Part shown: one piece after another, positions 9,054 to 20,008 of the stretch | Layout: each line of letters starts with the position of its first letter | Position numbering within the stretch: the first letter of the stretch is position 1 | Program-made: the position numbers and the translations under genes | Origin: Eledone cirrhosa | Taxonomy: Eukaryota | Assembly (NCBI GenBank): GCA_964016885.1 | Contig: OZ024741.1 | Span: 66,030,001-66,094,000 of the forward strand | Direction of reading: 5' to 3' | DNA length: 64,000 bases | Notes under the pieces: model-generated | Seen by the model: only the letters and a program-made list of their open reading frames with translations | Databases searched by the model: none | Told to the model about the DNA's origin: nothing

Positions 9054-11783
9054 TAGTCAGTTAGATTTTATCCTCATCAGAGGACGTGACAGATGGACGG
9101 TCGTAAACACAAAAGCCTTCCCTAGTGAGGAATGTACATCCCAACATAGCTTAGTTGTCAGCGACCTCACGGTCAGAACTAGACGAACCCGGAAACAGAG
9201 GCCAACCTGGAGAAGAAAGATCTGGAAGCTGAAAGTCCCCTCAACCAGTAACAGATTTAAAGATATTTTACTCAACGCCTACGACAGTAAAGAAGAACAG
9301 ATAGAGACATTTAACGTAGAAGAGAACTGGGAGTTCCTAAAAAATAATTTACTAGAGGCGACGGATGAGGTCTGTGGCTGGAGTAAGACCTCAAGCAGGA
9401 GGAGAGTGACTTGGTGGTGGAACAATAAGGTAGATGAAGCAGTTAAGGCCAAGAGACAGGCATGGAAAGAATGGAAGAACGGGGGGAGCAGGGTACATTA
9501 CATAGAGACCAAGAGGGAAGCTAGGCAACAAGTATACTTAGCTAGGAGGGAAGCAGAGGATAGAAAATTCAAGCATGTTTTACAACGTGGGGACCAGAAA
9601 CAGGAGGTATACAAGATTGCGAGGCAGTGTGTCAGAGATAGTTGTGATGTCATTGGAGAGAAGTGTATCCGGAATGATAAAGGTGAACTTGCCCTCACAA
9701 GTGCTGAGAAGAAAGATGCATGGAAGAGTCATTATGATAGATTACTAAATGAGGAGAATGCATGGGAAGAAGAGACCCTACCCCAAGTAGACCCTATAGA
9801 GGGACCAGCAGTACAAGTCAGCAGCAGCGTAGTAAGTAAGGCAATCAAAGATATGAAGATGGGGAAGGCAACCGGTCCATCGGGTATAGCTGCCGAGATG
9901 CTGAAGGCATCTGGGTCTGTAGGTCACACTATAACCACACGTATCGTTAACCAGGTAATACTAGAAGGGGCCATACCAAAAGATTGGTGCAGTAGCATCA
10001 TTGTCAACTGCTACAAAGGTAAAGGCGATGCACTAGATAGAGGAAACTATAGAGGTATAAAGTTGATGGACCAGGTCATGAAAGTAACAGAAAGAGTTAT
10101 AGCACAGCTGATTAGGGACCGGGTGAAAATAGACGAGATGCAATTTGGGTTTGTACCAGGAAGAGGCACCACTGATGCCCTCTTCCTTGTGAGGCAATTA
10201 CAGGAAAAGTACCTAGCTAAAAGTAAGCCACTCTACTTGGCATTTGTCGACCTTGAGAAAGCCTTTGACAGAGTTCCACGTGTTGTAATCTGGTGGGCTC
10301 TTAGAAAACTAGGAGTAGATGAATGGCTTGTGAAAGCGGTACAAGCCATGTATAGGGGAGCAGTCAGCAAAGTTAGGATTAGCAATGAGTATAGCGAGGA
10401 ATTTAGCGTACAGGTTGGGGTCCACCAGGGCTCTGTTCTTAGCCCTCTCCTGTTCATCATAGTCCTGCAGGCAATAACGGAGGAGTTTAAGACCGGATGC
10501 CCATGGGAACTCCTGTATGCTGATGACCTTGCACTCATAGCTGAATCTATGGTAGAACTAGAGAATAAATTCCAAACCTGGAAGCAGGGACTAGAAAGAA
10601 AGGGTCTCAAAGTCAACATGACAAAGACTAAGGTCCTTGTAAGTAGACGAGAAAACAGAACCCAGATCCCTTCAGGGAAATGGCCTTGCTCAGTATGTAG
10701 GAAAGGTGTAGGTAGGAACTCCATTCTCTGCCCCAAATGCAAACAATGGGTACACAAGAGATGTAACGGGATCTCAGGAAGCTTAATTAAGAATGTAGGA
10801 TTCACATGCAGCAGCTGTGCTGAAACAGCAAGCAGCAAACAGCCACAGGAAACAAGTACCACCAATCTCTGGGAGCGCCCTGTAGAAACAGTAGACAGCT
10901 TCTTCTACTTAGGTGACCGAATTAGCAACGGAGGTGGGTGTTCAGAAAGTACAATAACTAGGGTAAGAACGGGATGGAAGAAGTTTAGGGAACTACTACC
11001 ACTGCTAGCTGCAAAAGGCTTCTCCCTCAGAATGAAAGGCAAACTGTATGATGCATGTATCCGAACAGCGATGTTGCATGGTAGTGAGACCTGGGCGCTG
11101 AAGGTGGAAGACTTACGTAGATTAGAGAGAAACGAAGCCTGCATGCTCCGATGGATGTGTAACAGTAATATACGTGAAAGACAAAACATAAATGAATTGA
11201 GAGAGAGACTGAGCATAAGAGGAATCAAATGCTGTGTGCAGGAGAGGCGGTTGCGCTGGTATGGACATGTGATGCGTTTAAAGGATGACAGCTGCATAAA
11301 AAGGTGCAGAGCACTAGAAGTTGATGGAAACCGCGGAGTGGGGAGACCCAAGATGACCTGGGATGAGGTGATAAAAGCCAACCTTACCCAATTACACCTC
11401 TCAAAGACAATGACACACGACCGTGACTTCTGGCGTCACGCAGTAATACAGAGTACCCGACCTCCCATGGGTACATGCTGAAGCATATAAACAATATGCC
11501 CCCACACCCCCCACCGCAAGGTGGTCGTGGAGGTGCCACGGCAAAAAAGCACCCAACCCACACTGTAAAGTGGACGTGTAGGCGCCACGAAAAAGCACCC
11601 AGCACTCACTGTAAATGAGGTTGGTGTTAGGAAGGGCATCCAGCTGTAGAAATCAAGCCAGATCAGTTCCTGTATGAGCAAGGCATGGTCAGCCGACCAG
11701 ACACTGCACACAACAGGACAACCCGTCTAACCCATGCTAGCGTGGAAGAACGGACGTAAAACGGTGATGATGATGATGATGAT
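9054..11783 (+). mobile_element. RTE-clade (BovB-like) LINE, 5'-truncated within the APE endonuclease, with 3'UTR and (GAT)n tail
   Basis: Uninterrupted frame to the stop at 11481; motifs SQLDFIL, NYRGIKL, FVDLEKAFD, QGSVLSP, YADD, RRLRWYGHV; possible short TSD TGTC. Confidence 0.95.
9055..11481 (+). CDS. RTE reverse transcriptase ORF (partial EN, RT, C4HC3 Zn finger, C-terminus); the upstream 8941-9054 extension is read-through from flank and TIR
   Basis: 846-aa ORF in the track; RT motifs intact, no internal stop. Confidence 0.85.
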   Translation, partial: SQLDFILIRGRDRWTVVNTKAFPSEECTSQHSLVVSDLTVRTRRTRKQRPTWRRKIWKLKVPSTSNRFKDILLNAYDSKEEQIETFNVEENWEFLKNNLLEATDEVCGWSKTSSRRRVTWWWNNKVDEAVKAKRQAWKEWKNGGSRVHYIETKREARQQVYLARREAEDRKFKHVLQRGDQKQEVYKIARQCVRDSCDVIGEKCIRNDKGELALTSAEKKDAWKSHYDRLLNEENAWEEETLPQVDPIEGPAVQVSSSVVSKAIKDMKMGKATGPSGIAAEMLKASGSVGHTITTRIVNQVILEGAIPKDWCSSIIVNCYKGKGDALDRGNYRGIKLMDQVMKVTERVIAQLIRDRVKIDEMQFGFVPGRGTTDALFLVRQLQEKYLAKSKPLYLAFVDLEKAFDRVPRVVIWWALRKLGVDEWLVKAVQAMYRGAVSKVRISNEYSEEFSVQVGVHQGSVLSPLLFIIVLQAITEEFKTGCPWELLYADDLALIAESMVELENKFQTWKQGLERKGLKVNMTKTKVLVSRRENRTQIPSGKWPCSVCRKGVGRNSILCPKCKQWVHKRCNGISGSLIKNVGFTCSSCAETASSKQPQETSTTNLWERPVETVDSFFYLGDRISNGGGCSESTITRVRTGWKKFRELLPLLAAKGFSLRMKGKLYDACIRTAMLHGSETWALKVEDLRRLERNEACMLRWMCNSNIRERQNINELRERLSIRGIKCCVQERRLRWYGHVMRLKDDSCIKRCRALEVDGNRGVGRPKMTWDEVIKANLTQLHLSKTMTHDRDFWRHAVIQSTRPPMGTC

Positions 11784-11847
11784 GTCACTCTTGTCTTCAT
11801 AAAAACAGTGACTATATTTCCATTATTTATTTTCAGAATAATTGATT

Positions 11848-12445
11848 ATGAATAATTTTGAACCTCCAAATTTGTGGAAGAGACACGGAGTTCTTCTTGG
11901 AATCCACGCCGGGAGGATAAATAAGAAAATTTCAGACTTTCTCAGCGTCAGCAGGAGAATGGTGGAAAAGGTCAGAGTCATGCAGACAAAGTTTCCAGCG
12001 ACAACATTGGTCTTAGGTGTTGTCAGCAGTCAAGGTGACGTCATGCCACCTCACTTCTTCCCTGAGAGCCTCAAGCTGAACACCGATGGCTACATTCGCG
12101 TTCTGAGCGAGGTAGTAAAGCCCTGGATCGACCAGGTAGCTGCAGGTAGGCCATATGTATGGCAGCAAGACTCAGCGCCCTGCCATATCAGAGAACTTCG
12201 TCAACCACACTTCGCCTGACATCTGGCCTCCCAGCTCGCCTGACTGCAACCCCCTCGACTTCTTTGTGTGGGGCGCAATGGAACAAGACACCAACAGATC
12301 TAGCTGCAATACGAAAGACGATCTGAAAGCCAGGATCACAAGTGCCTTTAGGGGCCTAAGTCAGGGGACAGTGACGAAGGCCTGTAGCTGGTTCCGAGGC
12401 CGCCTTGAGGCCGTCATCAAAGCCATTGGCGGGTTTATCGAGTGA
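11848..12445 (+). pseudogene. Transposase pseudogene (N-terminal HTH fragment fused by deletion to the catalytic region; frameshift near 12187)
   Basis: TKFPATTLVLGVVS, WQQDSAPCH, WPPSSPDCNPLDFFVWG (last catalytic residue D). Confidence 0.88.
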
Positions 12446-12590
12446 GATCGAAAGAACAAGTCATGAAGACAAACTGACCCAAGTTTGATAAATATATCTT
12501 AAAAAATAAAACTACTGTGCTATATTTTCATAGACAGTAATCTTGCGAACAAATATCGTCCGCATCCTGTATGTATATATATAAACATAT

Positions 12591-12908
12591 ACATGGCTTA
12601 GTGGTTAGAGCATTGGCCTTGCAATCGAAAGGTTGTGAGTTCAATTCTCAGACCGGGTGATGTGTTGTTTCCTTGAGCAAGACACTTTATTTCACATTGC
12701 TCCAGTTTACTCAGCTGTAGAAATGAGATGATAGGGACTGGGGTCCATATCATTCCACTGTAAAGTGGTCGTGGAGGTGCCACGGCAAAAAAAGCACCCA
12801 GCCCTCACTGTAAATGAGGTTGGTGTTAGGAAGGGCATCCAGCTGTAGAAATGAAGCCAGAATCAGTTCCCGTCCCACCCTTGCAAGCAGGGAAAAGCGG
12901 ATGATGAT
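12591..12908 (+). mobile_element. tRNA-derived SINE family A with RTE-derived 3' end
   Basis: A-box TGGCTTAGTGG, B-box-like GAGTTCAATTC, central CCTTGAGCAAGACACTT, tail shared with the RTE 3'UTR, (GAT)n. Confidence 0.85.
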
Positions 12909-13085
12909 ATGTAGACATATACATATATATAAATATACATTATATATCTAGACATCTACATATACACACATTTGTGTGTGTATATATATATATATATGTA
13001 TGTATGTATGTGTGTGTGTGTGTATATATATATGTGTGTGTCTGTGTGTTTGTATGTGCGTGTGTGTGTATATATATATATATAT

Positions 13086-13430
13086 GGAGGTACATGGCTT
13101 AGTGGTTAGAGCATTGGCCTTGCAATCGAAAGGTTGTGAGTTCAATTCTCAGACCGGGTGATGTGTTGTTTCCTTGAGCAAGACACTTTATTTCACATTG
13201 CTCCAGTTTACTCAGCTGTAGAAATGAGATGATAGGGACTGGGGTCCATATCATTCCACTGCAAAGTGGTCGTGGAGGTGCACAGCAAAAAAGCACCCAG
13301 CCCACACTGTAAATGAGGTTGGTGTTAGGAAGGGCATCCAGCTGTAAAAATCAAGCCAGAATCAGTTCCTGTCCCACCCTTGCAAGCAGGGAAAAAGCGG
13401 ACGTAAAATGAAATGATGAAATGATGATGA
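13086..13430 (+). mobile_element. SINE family A, full length
   Basis: As at 12591; starts GGAGGTACATGGCTTAGTGG. Confidence 0.85.
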
Positions 13431-14194
13431 TATATATATGTAGTAAAAAAAACCCCAGTGGATATGAAAAAGGAAAAAGGGAAACAGTGCTCAATCTGGT
13501 AAGAGAGCTGATATATTATTTATAGAACAAAAGCACTACTTATACATAGAGACATACACATACACATGCACCCTCAGGGAAAGCTGACATTAAATGATGT
13601 TGAGTTTGATAATGATGAAGTTAGATAAGGTGAGAGATAAATATGCTAAAGTAGGTAGGTAGATAGGTATGTAGGTAGGAAGGTGTGAGGGTGGGTAGGA
13701 ATATTTTGGATAACTAGTCAACTATAACAAACATCTAGTTTTTGTTTAGCCCAGGCTCAACACTGATTGAACTGGCCTAAGATCAGACATATTCTGGCCA
13801 TGGCCAGCAAGTCTATTTTCAGGCATTGTATACCTCAGTTTACACTGTTCAAAGTGTCCTTTTTTTTTTTTTTTTTCAAGAGAGTAAAGTGTGATTTGAT
13901 AGAAATTCGTCAGCCATTACAAGCAGATCTAGCTTGTATATATAAGTCACGGTCATTGACAAATTCAAAATGAATTGTGATGGGAGGGGAAGTTCTCATC
14001 TAACCAGGTAGTTCAGCTTTTAAACTTTAGAACCTTGGCTGACAATTGTAATACTTATCACAACAGTCCTTCACCATCCCATTACCTCCTATATGCAGTC
14101 ATTCAGGAACTGCTAAAAATAGCAGCCAAATCTCAAATCATACTCTAGCAGCTTTAAGTGAAACAAAAGTACCCATTAGAGAATATAAACCTGA

Positions 14195-14231
<37 letters not shown>

Positions 14232-14240
14232 AAGGATTTA

Positions 14241-14505
14241 GGACCCTGACAACTGAGCTCCTGCTGTTTCAACAGCTACATTCGAAAAGTTCAGATCTAG
14301 CTTTTGAAATGGTAGGAGCTCAGCTGTTGGCATCCCGAATCCTTCATACTACCCGCTCTACTACTCCAAGCATTGAGTACTCTGCTAAGTAATGGTCTAA
14401 CTGGTTTTTACTGCATCCAATCTGACTTATATATATATGTATATAACAAAGAGGGTGTGATAAGATCTAGCTGTAAAAACGGCCAGAGCTCAGCCGTCGG
14501 GGTCC
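14241..14505. mobile_element. MITE with ~38-bp imperfect TIRs, probably PIF/Harbinger
   Basis: GGACCCTGACAACTGAGCTC...ACAGCTA vs TAGCTGT...GAGCTCAGCCGTCGGGGTCC; flanks TTA/TGA. Confidence 0.65.
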
Positions 14506-14659
14506 TGACTTTTTTCCTATATATATATAAACCTGCCAGAGACACTTCCGTACGAGCGAGACATGGTCTCCCGACCATTCCCACATCAAATGGAACAAAA
14601 CCGTTTAACCCATGCTAGTGTGGAAGATGGACGTTAAACGGTGATGATGATGATGATGA

Positions 14660-14740
14660 TAGGGTGAAACCCCAAAAATATATGCACACTTCAACAATAT
14701 TCTAATCAAAGTGTGTATACAGTGTTGTGTTCACCCTGTA
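14660..14740. mobile_element. ~80-bp Tc1/mariner-type mini-MITE
   Basis: AGGGTGAA...CACACTT / AAGTGTG...TTCACCCTG-TA imperfect TIRs. Confidence 0.5.
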
Positions 14741-15383
14741 TCATCATCATCATCATCATTTTACGTCCGCTTTTCCCTGCTTGCAAGGGTGGGACAGGAA
14801 CTGATTCTGGCTTGATTTCTACAGCTGGATGCCCTTCCTAACACCAACCTCATTTACAGTGAGTGCTGGGTGCTTTTTTGCCGTGGCACCTCCACGACCA
14901 CTTTGCAGTGGAATGATAGGGACCCCAGTCCCTATCATCTCATTTCTACAGCTGAGTAAACTGGAACAATGTGAAATAAAGTGTCTTGCTCAAGGAAACA
15001 ACACATCACCCGGTCTGAGAATTGAACTCACAACCTTTCGATTGCAAGGCCAATGCTCTAGACTGGGTGATGTGTTGTTTCCTTGAGCAAGACACTTTAT
15101 TTCACATTGCTCCAGTTTACTCAGCTGTAGAAATGAGATGATAGGACTGGGGTCCCTATCATTCCATTGCAAAGTGGTCATGGAGGTGCCACGGAAAAAA
15201 AGCACCCAGCCCTCACTGTAAATGAGGTTGGTGTTAGGAAGGGCATCCAGCTGTAGAAATCAAGCCAGAATCAGTTCCTGTACGAGCAAGACAAGGTCAG
15301 CTGACCAGACGCTGCCCACAACAGGACAACCCGTCTAACCCATGCTAGCGTGGAAGAATGGACGTAAAACGATGATGATGATG
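14741..15383. mobile_element. Head-to-head fused pair of SINE family A (minus 14741-15060, plus 15059-15383)
   Basis: ~220-bp inverted arms separated by ~45 bp; both heads truncated at the junction GCTCTA|GACTGGG. Confidence 0.85.
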
Positions 15384-15392
15384 ATATAGATA

Positions 15393-15455
<63 letters not shown>

Positions 15456-15457
<2 letters not shown>

Positions 15458-15655
15458 TAAAATAACAGATTAAATCGCTGCTTTCACCCTTAACGGGAGT
15501 TTCAGAATTTCCCGTTAAGGGTGAAAGCAGTGATTCTTTGCTTAAAATTTAATCTGTTATTTTAATAAATATTTGCTCTAGGGTTCTTATATATTTCATA
15601 TATATTTATCTTTATCGAGCCCTCTTTGGATTTTAGTCTTCAAGTTTATTATTAT

Positions 15656-15660
<5 letters not shown>
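15456..15660 (+). mobile_element. Short fold-back element with tail between (TA)n tracts
   Basis: TATTAAAATAACAGATTAAA-TCGCTGCTTTCACCCTTAACGGGA / TCCCGTTAAGGGTGAAAGCAGTGA..TTTAATCTGTTATTTTAATA, then a ~90-bp tail. Confidence 0.65.
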
Positions 15661-15715
<55 letters not shown>

Positions 15716-16162
15716 CGACAGGGTAGCCAGGACAGGAATGCATTTGATCAATTAGGGTTGAACTGAAGCCAAACAACAACAATGTTGATTAGAGTTGTAA
15801 CAAGGTAAGACACATCATTACAACTACTGAAAATATAAAAAGAGGTGGGTAGGTTGATAGGTATTTAAGTAGGTAAGTAGGTGAGTGTGTGTGTGAATGT
15901 ATTTAAATATAGAAATGTGTGTATGTATGCGTATCTCTATATACAGCACTGTACACAATAATTTCATTATTATTATATGTGTGTGTGTGTATGTATGCAA
16001 AAGGTAAACAGAAATAACAAAGCAACGACACAGTACAATGAAGACATATATTATATATATTTATGTGCGTACATAGACATATATGTAGGTGTGTGTGTAT
16101 AAATGTGTGTGTGTATGTATGTATATGTGTACATACATATATATATATGTATGTGTATGTAA

Positions 16163-16215
<53 letters not shown>

Positions 16216-16300
16216 AAAGGTAAACAGAAATAACAACACAATCGGTACAGTATATGGAAGGGATATATTAGGTTAACGCTTGATATAGCAGGAAGAGGGT

Positions 16301-16334
16301 CTTAACGTTTCAGACGCTAGTCCTTCATCAGAAG
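16301..16334 (-). ncRNA. Minimal type I hammerhead ribozyme motif (Penelope-type)
   Basis: Minus strand CTT-CTGATGA-A-GGAC-TAGC-GTCT-GAAA-CG-TT-AAG: canonical core, stem II, palindromic AACGTT stem III, stem I CTT/AAG. Confidence 0.8.
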
Positions 16335-16335
16335 C

Positions 16336-16890
16336 AGCATCATTTTATGTCCATAATTCCACACTTGTATGGGTTGGACAGGTCCTTTTCAGCACAGCAT
16401 CTCGCTAATTGTCGAGCTCCTTCATCCTCTCCTCCTTGAGTCTCAGTGATCTAAGATGAACTCTCATCACCTCTGCCTAGGTCTTCCTAGCCACTTCTTC
16501 ACTCAGCAATCATCATCCATATGCTTCACATTGCAATCTCCTCTCTAGCATACCACTTCTGATTCTTTTTATACCCAGTTTCTCTCTCAGTTCATCCATG
16601 CTTTGTCATTCTCGCACATTAACATTGCACAGCCGACAAAGCATGGTTGCTTCATTTCTCTCCAGCCTTTGCTGTGTTCACTGTCCAAGTCTCACTACCA
16701 TGTAGCATCACACTTTGCATACATGTATCATACAGTCAACACTTTGTGTGTAGGGAGAAACCTTCTGAGGTCAACATAGATAGCAGCTCCCTAAACTTCT
16801 TCCATCCTATCCTTATTCTATCTACTGTTTTCAGAGCAGCCTCATCCACTGCTAATTAGAACATCTAGGTAGCAGAAGCCATCAACCCTG
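16336..16890 (-). mobile_element. Degraded RTE LINE 3' part
   Basis: Antisense similarity to RTE ORF (IRIGWKKFRELL, MLHGSETW) with indels; (GAT) tail. Confidence 0.75.
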
Positions 16891-17140
16891 GCAGTCTTAA
16901 TATTGATTGATCCTGAACTACTACATACAAAAGCTTCCATACAGTTTCTGTCTACCAAATAAAATTCACAAGGCATTGGTCCACTTGCAGAAGGTGTCAC
17001 ATAGTAAGATTGCATCTAAAACCACATAATTGCAAAGCAAACTTCGTAACCACACATCCATGCTTACACCTAGCTTTATATATATAATATCATTATCATT
17101 GTTTATTGGTTGTTTTTCCAAGCTGGCATGGTTTTGATGA

Positions 17141-17219
<79 letters not shown>

Positions 17220-17640
17220 GCACATGCGCACACACACGCAAACGCTCACGTACACACACACATATACATACATATATATACACATAAAAATAAAGGTAGC
17301 CGAAACGACTCTTCAGTTGTGCCACAGTATGGCAACTTCTCTAGTGTTGGTGATCTACACAATAAACGCCTCTGGTACATGCTGTAAAGTGGTTGGTAAT
17401 AGGAAGGGCATCAAGCCATAGAAAGCTTGCCAAATAAAGGGTTGTGAGGACCCTTTAGCTGTGTCAAATACAACCTCTCCTGTGCACTCAGTAGAATTTG
17501 AGATCATATGTACGTGAGATGCAAATCTCTGGCTTGTCTGGGAGATCAGTAGCCCTGCTTCAGTACTGACTTGGTCTATGTAGACCCATCAAACCCTTGC
17601 TAACAGGGAAAGCAGATGTTAAAATGATGATGATGATGAT

Positions 17641-17687
<47 letters not shown>

Positions 17688-18518
17688 ACATTGTTCTACA
17701 TATCTATTTATACATCAATTTATTAAATAACAGAGAGAGAGAGAGAGACGGGGGGGGGGGACTTATCTATTTCAGTTTATGTAGGTTGGTAGGTAAATCT
17801 GGGATATACAATACAGTTATTGCAAATATTTATAACTAGTTATGGTGTGTATAGTGAGAAGGGGAAAGTGAGGTAAGACCTCAACCAGTGTTTTATCATT
17901 ACAATTCCCCACCAGCCACAACCACCCATGTGACCCAGTTTATCCAATGAGAAGGAAGAGGAGACACATTAACCATTCCATAACCTTATTCCTAATGAAA
18001 AATATTACATTACAATTAATTAAGGCTTTTATTACCAAACTACTTGAAACCATCTCTAGTTCTATGATACAACCCCTCCCACTTATTTTCAAGTGTTGAC
18101 ATTTATCTAACCTTCAGCCATAATTTTATATAAGAACTATTGTTAAGTTATGTTCCAAACACCATCTTGAAAATGAGAAAGTTAGTTATATTATTAAATT
18201 CTTCCAAATTTTTGATGATTCTCAAAATTATTTGAAAATCATAGGCAGTGTCTTTTACGAGAAGTATGATAAGAAAAGGGTTAATGAAGAATTTTTGAGA
18301 GATTTAATGAATTATCAATTATTTCATTGCTAAGGTGAACATATGGTTCTTATATAAAATTATGTTAGAAGAGGAATTCTTTAATCCTTTCATGGCCGTA
18401 TTTCTAATGAAGAATTTTGAGGGATTTACTAAAATTATCAATGATTTCATTACTGAGATAGTAACTTAAAATATGGTTCTCATATAAAACCATGCTGGAA
18501 GAGTTTAATTTAAACAAG

Positions 18519-19385
18519 GAAAATCCTTATTAGACTCTGTTCTAGTAATGGGCTGTCTATTATGAACACCTTATTCCAGCGCAAATACATCCATAAATAC
18601 ACATGGTATAAGGGAAATCAGAGACAGAGATCAGTAACTTATTTTTGTCTCTGATCTCTTCAATTCTGTGCTGGATGTTCATGTTAAGAGAGGGGCTGAG
18701 CTGTCAACTGATCACCATCTAGTTATCTGCAGCCTGAGGCTACCTAAAGCCTAGGAAACCCACAAAACTGGCAGGTCCAGCTTGACTTACAAGATAAAGT
18801 GGGAAGTGTTGGTGAATAAGGAAATCAGGACCAGGTATGCAGTTACTATTGCACCCAAACTCAGAGAACTCCCTGAGCAAACTGAGGATGTTGAAACGGA
18901 GTGGAAATTGTTTAGCTCAGCAGTTACTGCTTTGGCTGATAAATGTTAAGGGTGAAAGAGGATTGATGTGGTGCCGGGTAGTTGGAGGACCCCTTGGTTC
19001 AATCAGGATGTTAAAGATGCTATCCAAGCAAAAAAGGAGGCTTACAAAACTTGGCTTGGAAATTAAACCTTCTTTATGCATTTGTGGTACAAACATGCAC
19101 AAAAAGTCACAGCAGAGGCAGTAAAGGTGTTACATTTAAGACATGGGAGGACTTTGGGATTAAGCAGGAATTTGGCTTTAGATCAGCAAATAAATTGTTC
19201 TGGCAGACCATCCGCCAACTACGTAATAAGAAGTCGCCCTCCACACCTGCTATCACGAACATGTCTGGGGCTCGCCTCTCTTCAGAGAGAATATTCTGCT
19301 GATCTCTTAAACCCAGTAAAAACAACATCATCTGATGTACAGGAGGTGCATCTGGAAGCAAGACCAGCCTTCCGGAGGCTGAGAT
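18519..19385 (+). mobile_element. Degraded RTE-clade (Expander/Rex3-like) LINE, endonuclease and linker region
   Basis: Translates with frameshifts to HKYTWY..., VLDVHVKRGAELSTDHHLVICSLRL, FWQTIRQLR. Confidence 0.75.
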
Positions 19386-19550
19386 TATCAATTTAAATAT
19401 TTTGCAGAGACATTTACTATTGTTTATGCCATTATGGCTTCATTTGTATGACAATTGATTGTAAAATGTGTATATTACCAAACTCTGCCTCAGGTGCCAG
19501 GTTGACACTCAGCATGATATGACAAAGAAGCAGAATTCAAAGGAAGTTTC

Positions 19551-19772
19551 AAATAATAATAATAATAATAATTGTTTCTACTTTTGGCACAAGGCCAGCA
19601 ATTATCCCAGCGCATTACTGGTACTTTATTTTATCGACTCCATAAGGATGAAAGGCAAAGTTAACCTTGGCGGGATTTGAACTCAGAACATAAAGGGACG
19701 CATCTCTATGCTGCGAACCAGGGTGTCTGACGATCTACCGATTCTGCCAATCCACCACCCAATAATAATAAT
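19551..19772 (-). mobile_element. SINE family B
   Basis: Reverse complement of the 2153-2335 consensus. Confidence 0.8.
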
Positions 19773-19977
19773 GGTTTCTGATTTCCGTGTAAGTAACACG
19801 GTAAAAAGTTCCCAGTTCCACACTGTAAATGTGGTTGGTGTTAGGAAGGGCATCCAGCCGTAGAAAACCTGCCAGATAGTCCTATATGAGCGAGACACGG
19901 TCACCCGACCAACCTTGCCTCAAGTGGGACAACTCCCATCTAACCCATGCTAGCGTGGAAGATGGACGTTAAACGAA

Positions 19978-20008
<31 letters not shown>

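Larger units (their letters stand above)
8982..12569 (+). mobile_element. Tc1/mariner-superfamily DNA transposon (DD37D/maT-like), internally deleted and interrupted by an RTE LINE
   Basis: 27-bp TIRs CAGGGTGTGGACGATATTTGTTCGCAA / TTGCGAACAAATATCGTCCGCATCCTG, each flanked by TA; transposase motifs at 11848-12445. Confidence 0.9.

Noticed and set aside
10233-11381. Antisense ORFs of 210 and 158 aa (also at 40293-41345, 4759, 6185)
   Set aside because: Shadow frames of RT coding sequence, shared only because the copies are near-identical.
12591-12660. Functional tRNA genes at SINE heads (also 13086, 23242, 46193, 51840)
   Set aside because: No proper acceptor stem; each continues into a SINE body and tail.
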